DNA of 28,928 bases, taken from positions 1 through 28,928 of IMG/VR virus record IMGVR_UViG_3300017903_000259. One strand, 5' to 3'. The notes under the pieces were generated by a model. The model searched no databases and was not told the origin of the DNA. It saw nothing but the letters and a program-made list of their open reading frames with translations. The position numbers and the translations under genes are program-made. This stretch comes from a virus (lineage: Duplodnaviria; Caudoviricetes). Shown one piece after another: positions 26,527 through 28,928 of this stretch (the stretch's first letter is position 1; each line of letters starts with the position of its first letter).

Positions 26527-26939
26527 CTTGGTTGCCAGTCTTTGATTTTCTGTAGGACATCAAGGCCTGCTTTCTTCCATTGCCAAATTACCGTAGGATG
26601 TATACCTTTGGACTTGCCTAGTTGTAACAGTTGTCCCCATGGTGTAGAATACAATCTTTTTCTGCTCTGTGTTATGCGTCTGTCATTTACCCATTCACAG
26701 TTGCCTGGTGTGTAATTGTAGTGCATATCAATCCTTGTGATCTCACCATCTGTTTCATTTGGACCCATGTCATCTACGAACTGTATAAATCCTTGCTCAC
26801 CACAGACTTCTCTGTTCCATTCATCACATACTTCTACGTCAGCAAACCATCTTTCTCCTATTTCGCATCTCTTATTCATCCTATACCATATGCGCCAAGT
26901 CCTAGGATATTCTTTTCTCAGCTCTGTGTAGATACCCAT
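26517..26939 (-). CDS. HNH-like endonuclease-family protein, degenerate
   Basis: W..M..RC...VCDEW...F..F.DDMG...RID...NY.PGNC.W pattern of phage HNH-like proteins. Confidence 0.65.
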   Translation of the reverse strand: MGIYTELRKEYPRTWRIWYRMNKRCEIGERWFADVEVCDEWNREVCGEQGFIQFVDDMGPNETDGEITRIDMHYNYTPGNCEWVNDRRITQSRKRLYSTPWGQLLQLGKSKGIHPTVIWQWKKAGLDVLQKIKDWQPRCG

Positions 26940-27604
26940 ATCGTGTCCTTACCATGTGTTGCCACATTGTTGTAATTGAATTGTTCTAGCCATTGTTTGA
27001 CCATGTTGTATTCTTGAACTTCCATTGCTGTTCTTCTTGGCAGTTCCAAACATAGTGTAGGCAGTTCTGCTTTGATAGTGTTGTAACCACCTTTGAGTAT
27101 TTCAAGTTCTAGTCCTTGGCAGTCTATTTTTATTAGGCTAACCAAGTTGAATTCAAAACTGTCTAACGTCCTAACTTCTACTTCAGTGTCCAATAGTTTG
27201 GTTGGTCTATCTGCTTCTTTTGGACCTTGTATTACACCTTCACTTGATAGACCAGCATTGCCACAGCAATTAGGATCCCAATAGAATCTTTGTTTGCCTG
27301 GTCTGTCACTTAGGGCAAAAGGATAGAGGTTCCAATTGTGCCAATCAGAATCTACATTTTTCCACCAACAGATCCTATTTTCTCTCATTGGTTCAAATGC
27401 TTCAACGGCATTGAATTCATGTATGAACTGTCTGCTCCAAAATCCTACATTGGCACCTATGTCTATTACCCTATTTCTATCTGGTGTGTGTTTTAGTGCT
27501 AGGGTTCTCTGTGGTTGTTGATAGGTATCATCACTGCTACCGTTCAACATCTGTTCAAAATGTGTGTCCCATGTGGGTAGATACCAACTTTTACACTGTT
27601 TCAT
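26918..27604 (-). CDS. FkbM-family SAM methyltransferase
   Basis: VIDIGANVG, AFEP, ALSD, TLDSF, LIKIDCQG.E.EILKG motifs. Confidence 0.88.
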   Translation of the reverse strand: MKQCKSWYLPTWDTHFEQMLNGSSDDTYQQPQRTLALKHTPDRNRVIDIGANVGFWSRQFIHEFNAVEAFEPMRENRICWWKNVDSDWHNWNLYPFALSDRPGKQRFYWDPNCCGNAGLSSEGVIQGPKEADRPTKLLDTEVEVRTLDSFEFNLVSLIKIDCQGLELEILKGGYNTIKAELPTLCLELPRRTAMEVQEYNMVKQWLEQFNYNNVATHGKDTIWVSTQS

Positions 27605-27732
27605 ATCATTTCTACCAATTTGACTATGGCATATACAATTAGAGCAATATAACCAAATGTAATACCGCCATTTACCAAGGTCAATAGTTGGACCAATTTC
27701 TGTTTAATTAAAAAATCATCGCCATTTCTCAT
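27601..27732 (-). CDS. Small membrane protein (43 aa)
   Basis: Not in ORF track. MRNGDDFLIKQKLVQLLTLVNGGITFGYIALIVYAIVKLVEMI; AAGGAG RBS; ATGA overlap with the FkbM start. Confidence 0.6.
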   Translation of the reverse strand: MRNGDDFLIKQKLVQLLTLVNGGITFGYIALIVYAIVKLVEMI

Positions 27733-27760
27733 TGACTTTCTCCTTGTTTGAGTGTATCAT

Positions 27761-27794
27761 TATTTATGCTGATAACTAAGGTATTGGCTAAATA
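27761..27794. promoter_or_regulatory. Divergent promoter pair: ATAAATA (minus, 27761-27767) and CTAAATA (plus, 27788-27794)
   Basis: Back-to-back motifs 20 nt apart at the strand switch; each is followed by an AAGGAG RBS and ATG. Confidence 0.6.
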
Positions 27795-27824
27795 TATGAG
27801 TAAGGCAGTATAAAGGAGAAAAAT

Positions 27825-28250
27825 ATGAAATACAAATATACACCAATCACAAAAGAAAAAAAGGGCAATCCTTTTTGTAAGATGACACGTCAGGATCATG
27901 AGATCCTAGAACGTCAACTAATGGAGATCCAACACTTCATTTGTCAACTTGGCAGTTCAACAGATCCACTTCATATGAAATTCTATGAATGTATGTCAAG
28001 TGAGAGAAACGCCAAGCATTTTGGCAAGTCAGGAGAATACAGTTGGAATCCTAACACACCATTGGCGGCATTGAGTGGAGCAGTTCAAAAACTGTCAAAA
28101 GGCGACATGAGCCTTAGACAGATTGAAAACATAACACCAATCCTTGAATTAGTCCATCAGGTGTTTCCTAGAAAGTTTTCAAAGATTGAATTCGAAGCAG
28201 TATCAGAAGATGAAATCCTAACTGACTTTGAAAAACTTTTTGATGCTTAG
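27825..28250 (+). CDS. Hypothetical protein
   Basis: AAGGAG RBS, 141 aa, overlaps the MTase start. Confidence 0.7.
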   Translation: MKYKYTPITKEKKGNPFCKMTRQDHEILERQLMEIQHFICQLGSSTDPLHMKFYECMSSERNAKHFGKSGEYSWNPNTPLAALSGAVQKLSKGDMSLRQIENITPILELVHQVFPRKFSKIEFEAVSEDEILTDFEKLFDA

Positions 28251-28928
28251 TCTACACCAAGGACGTTGGCAAGATCATCTTCCAGACACCATCGATTGTG
28301 TTGTAACGGATCCTCCCTACAACACAACCGGTTGTTCATGGGATGGTGGTTTTGTTGCTGAAGAGTTTTGGAGTGCCATCCATCCTAGGCTACACTCTGA
28401 TTCAACTGTTGTAATGACTTGTCAGATGCGATTGGCAGTTGAATTGATCAATACGTCACCACTGAGATTTAGGCATGACCTTGTGTGGGAGAAACCAAAT
28501 GGCACTGGCCAGGTAAGCCGTTCACCAAACAGAGTCCACGAACAGATCCTAGTGTTTGGTGGCAGTTACTATGAACCACAGATGCAAGAGGGCAAGCCCT
28601 ACAGTTGGCGTGCCACAAGGAGCAAAGGTGAAGCCACAGGATATCGTGGAAGTGGCGAAATCAATAATCTAGGAACTAGACATCCTAGGAGTGTGCTACA
28701 CTATGCCCAAGAAAGAGGACTACATCCTACACAAAAACCAATCAAACTGTTTGAATTTCTCATACAGAGCTACTGTGATCCCGGATGGTGTGTGTTCGAA
28801 CCGTTCCTTGGATCAGGCACTACCTTGGTTGCATGCCAGAGATTGGGTAGGAGTGCGATTGGCGTAGAACAGGATCCAAAATACTTTGCTACTGCTGAAT
28901 CAAGGATCCAAAAACAACAAAAATTTGA
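28243..28928 (+). CDS. DNA N6-adenine/N4-cytosine methyltransferase (beta class), 3' end beyond window
   Basis: Not in ORF track. Translation from ATG 28243 gives TDPPY (motif IV), VWEKP, HE.ILVF, HPTQKP, EPFLGSGTT (motif I); open to the window end. Confidence 0.92.
   Translation, partial: MLSLHQGRWQDHLPDTIDCVVTDPPYNTTGCSWDGGFVAEEFWSAIHPRLHSDSTVVMTCQMRLAVELINTSPLRFRHDLVWEKPNGTGQVSRSPNRVHEQILVFGGSYYEPQMQEGKPYSWRATRSKGEATGYRGSGEINNLGTRHPRSVLHYAQERGLHPTQKPIKLFEFLIQSYCDPGWCVFEPFLGSGTTLVACQRLGRSAIGVEQDPKYFATAESRIQKQQKF

Noticed and set aside
3377-27521. Numerous short + strand ORFs across the structural region
   Set aside because: All are antisense to well-supported minus-strand genes and lack motifs.

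Overview
Most of a small tailed dsDNA phage genome (Caudoviricetes, siphovirus-type non-contractile tail); the host cannot be determined from the sequence. Almost all genes lie on the minus strand and are tightly coupled. In transcription order: FkbM methyltransferase, degenerate HNH-like protein, GT42/Maf-like protein, fibre/LamG/structural proteins, terS, terL, portal, a cluster of very basic small proteins (including an Hc1-like one), scaffold, major capsid, neck, tail tube, tail chaperone with a -1 frameshift, tape measure, distal tail, hub, GNAT, tail tip, minor tail proteins, a structured non-coding region, an AsnB-type amidotransferase and a GT9 glycosyltransferase. The GT9 gene is truncated at the window edge and missing from the ORF track. 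A divergent + strand unit at the right end holds a hypothetical gene and a beta-class DNA methyltransferase, also missing from the ORF track. No integrase, lysin or replication genes are visible. The main signal is a D-S-[A/S]-G tetrapeptide found 15 times in 10 predicted virion proteins, with Ser encoded by both TCA and AGY codons. It is absent from the enzymes, terminase, portal, scaffold and tape measure. Together with the glycan-modifying enzymes, this suggests (inference) a sequon-directed virion glycosylation system. Other signals are T4-late-like (A/C)TAAATA promoters and a promoter-anchored four-way-junction RNA with an anti-Shine-Dalgarno loop.
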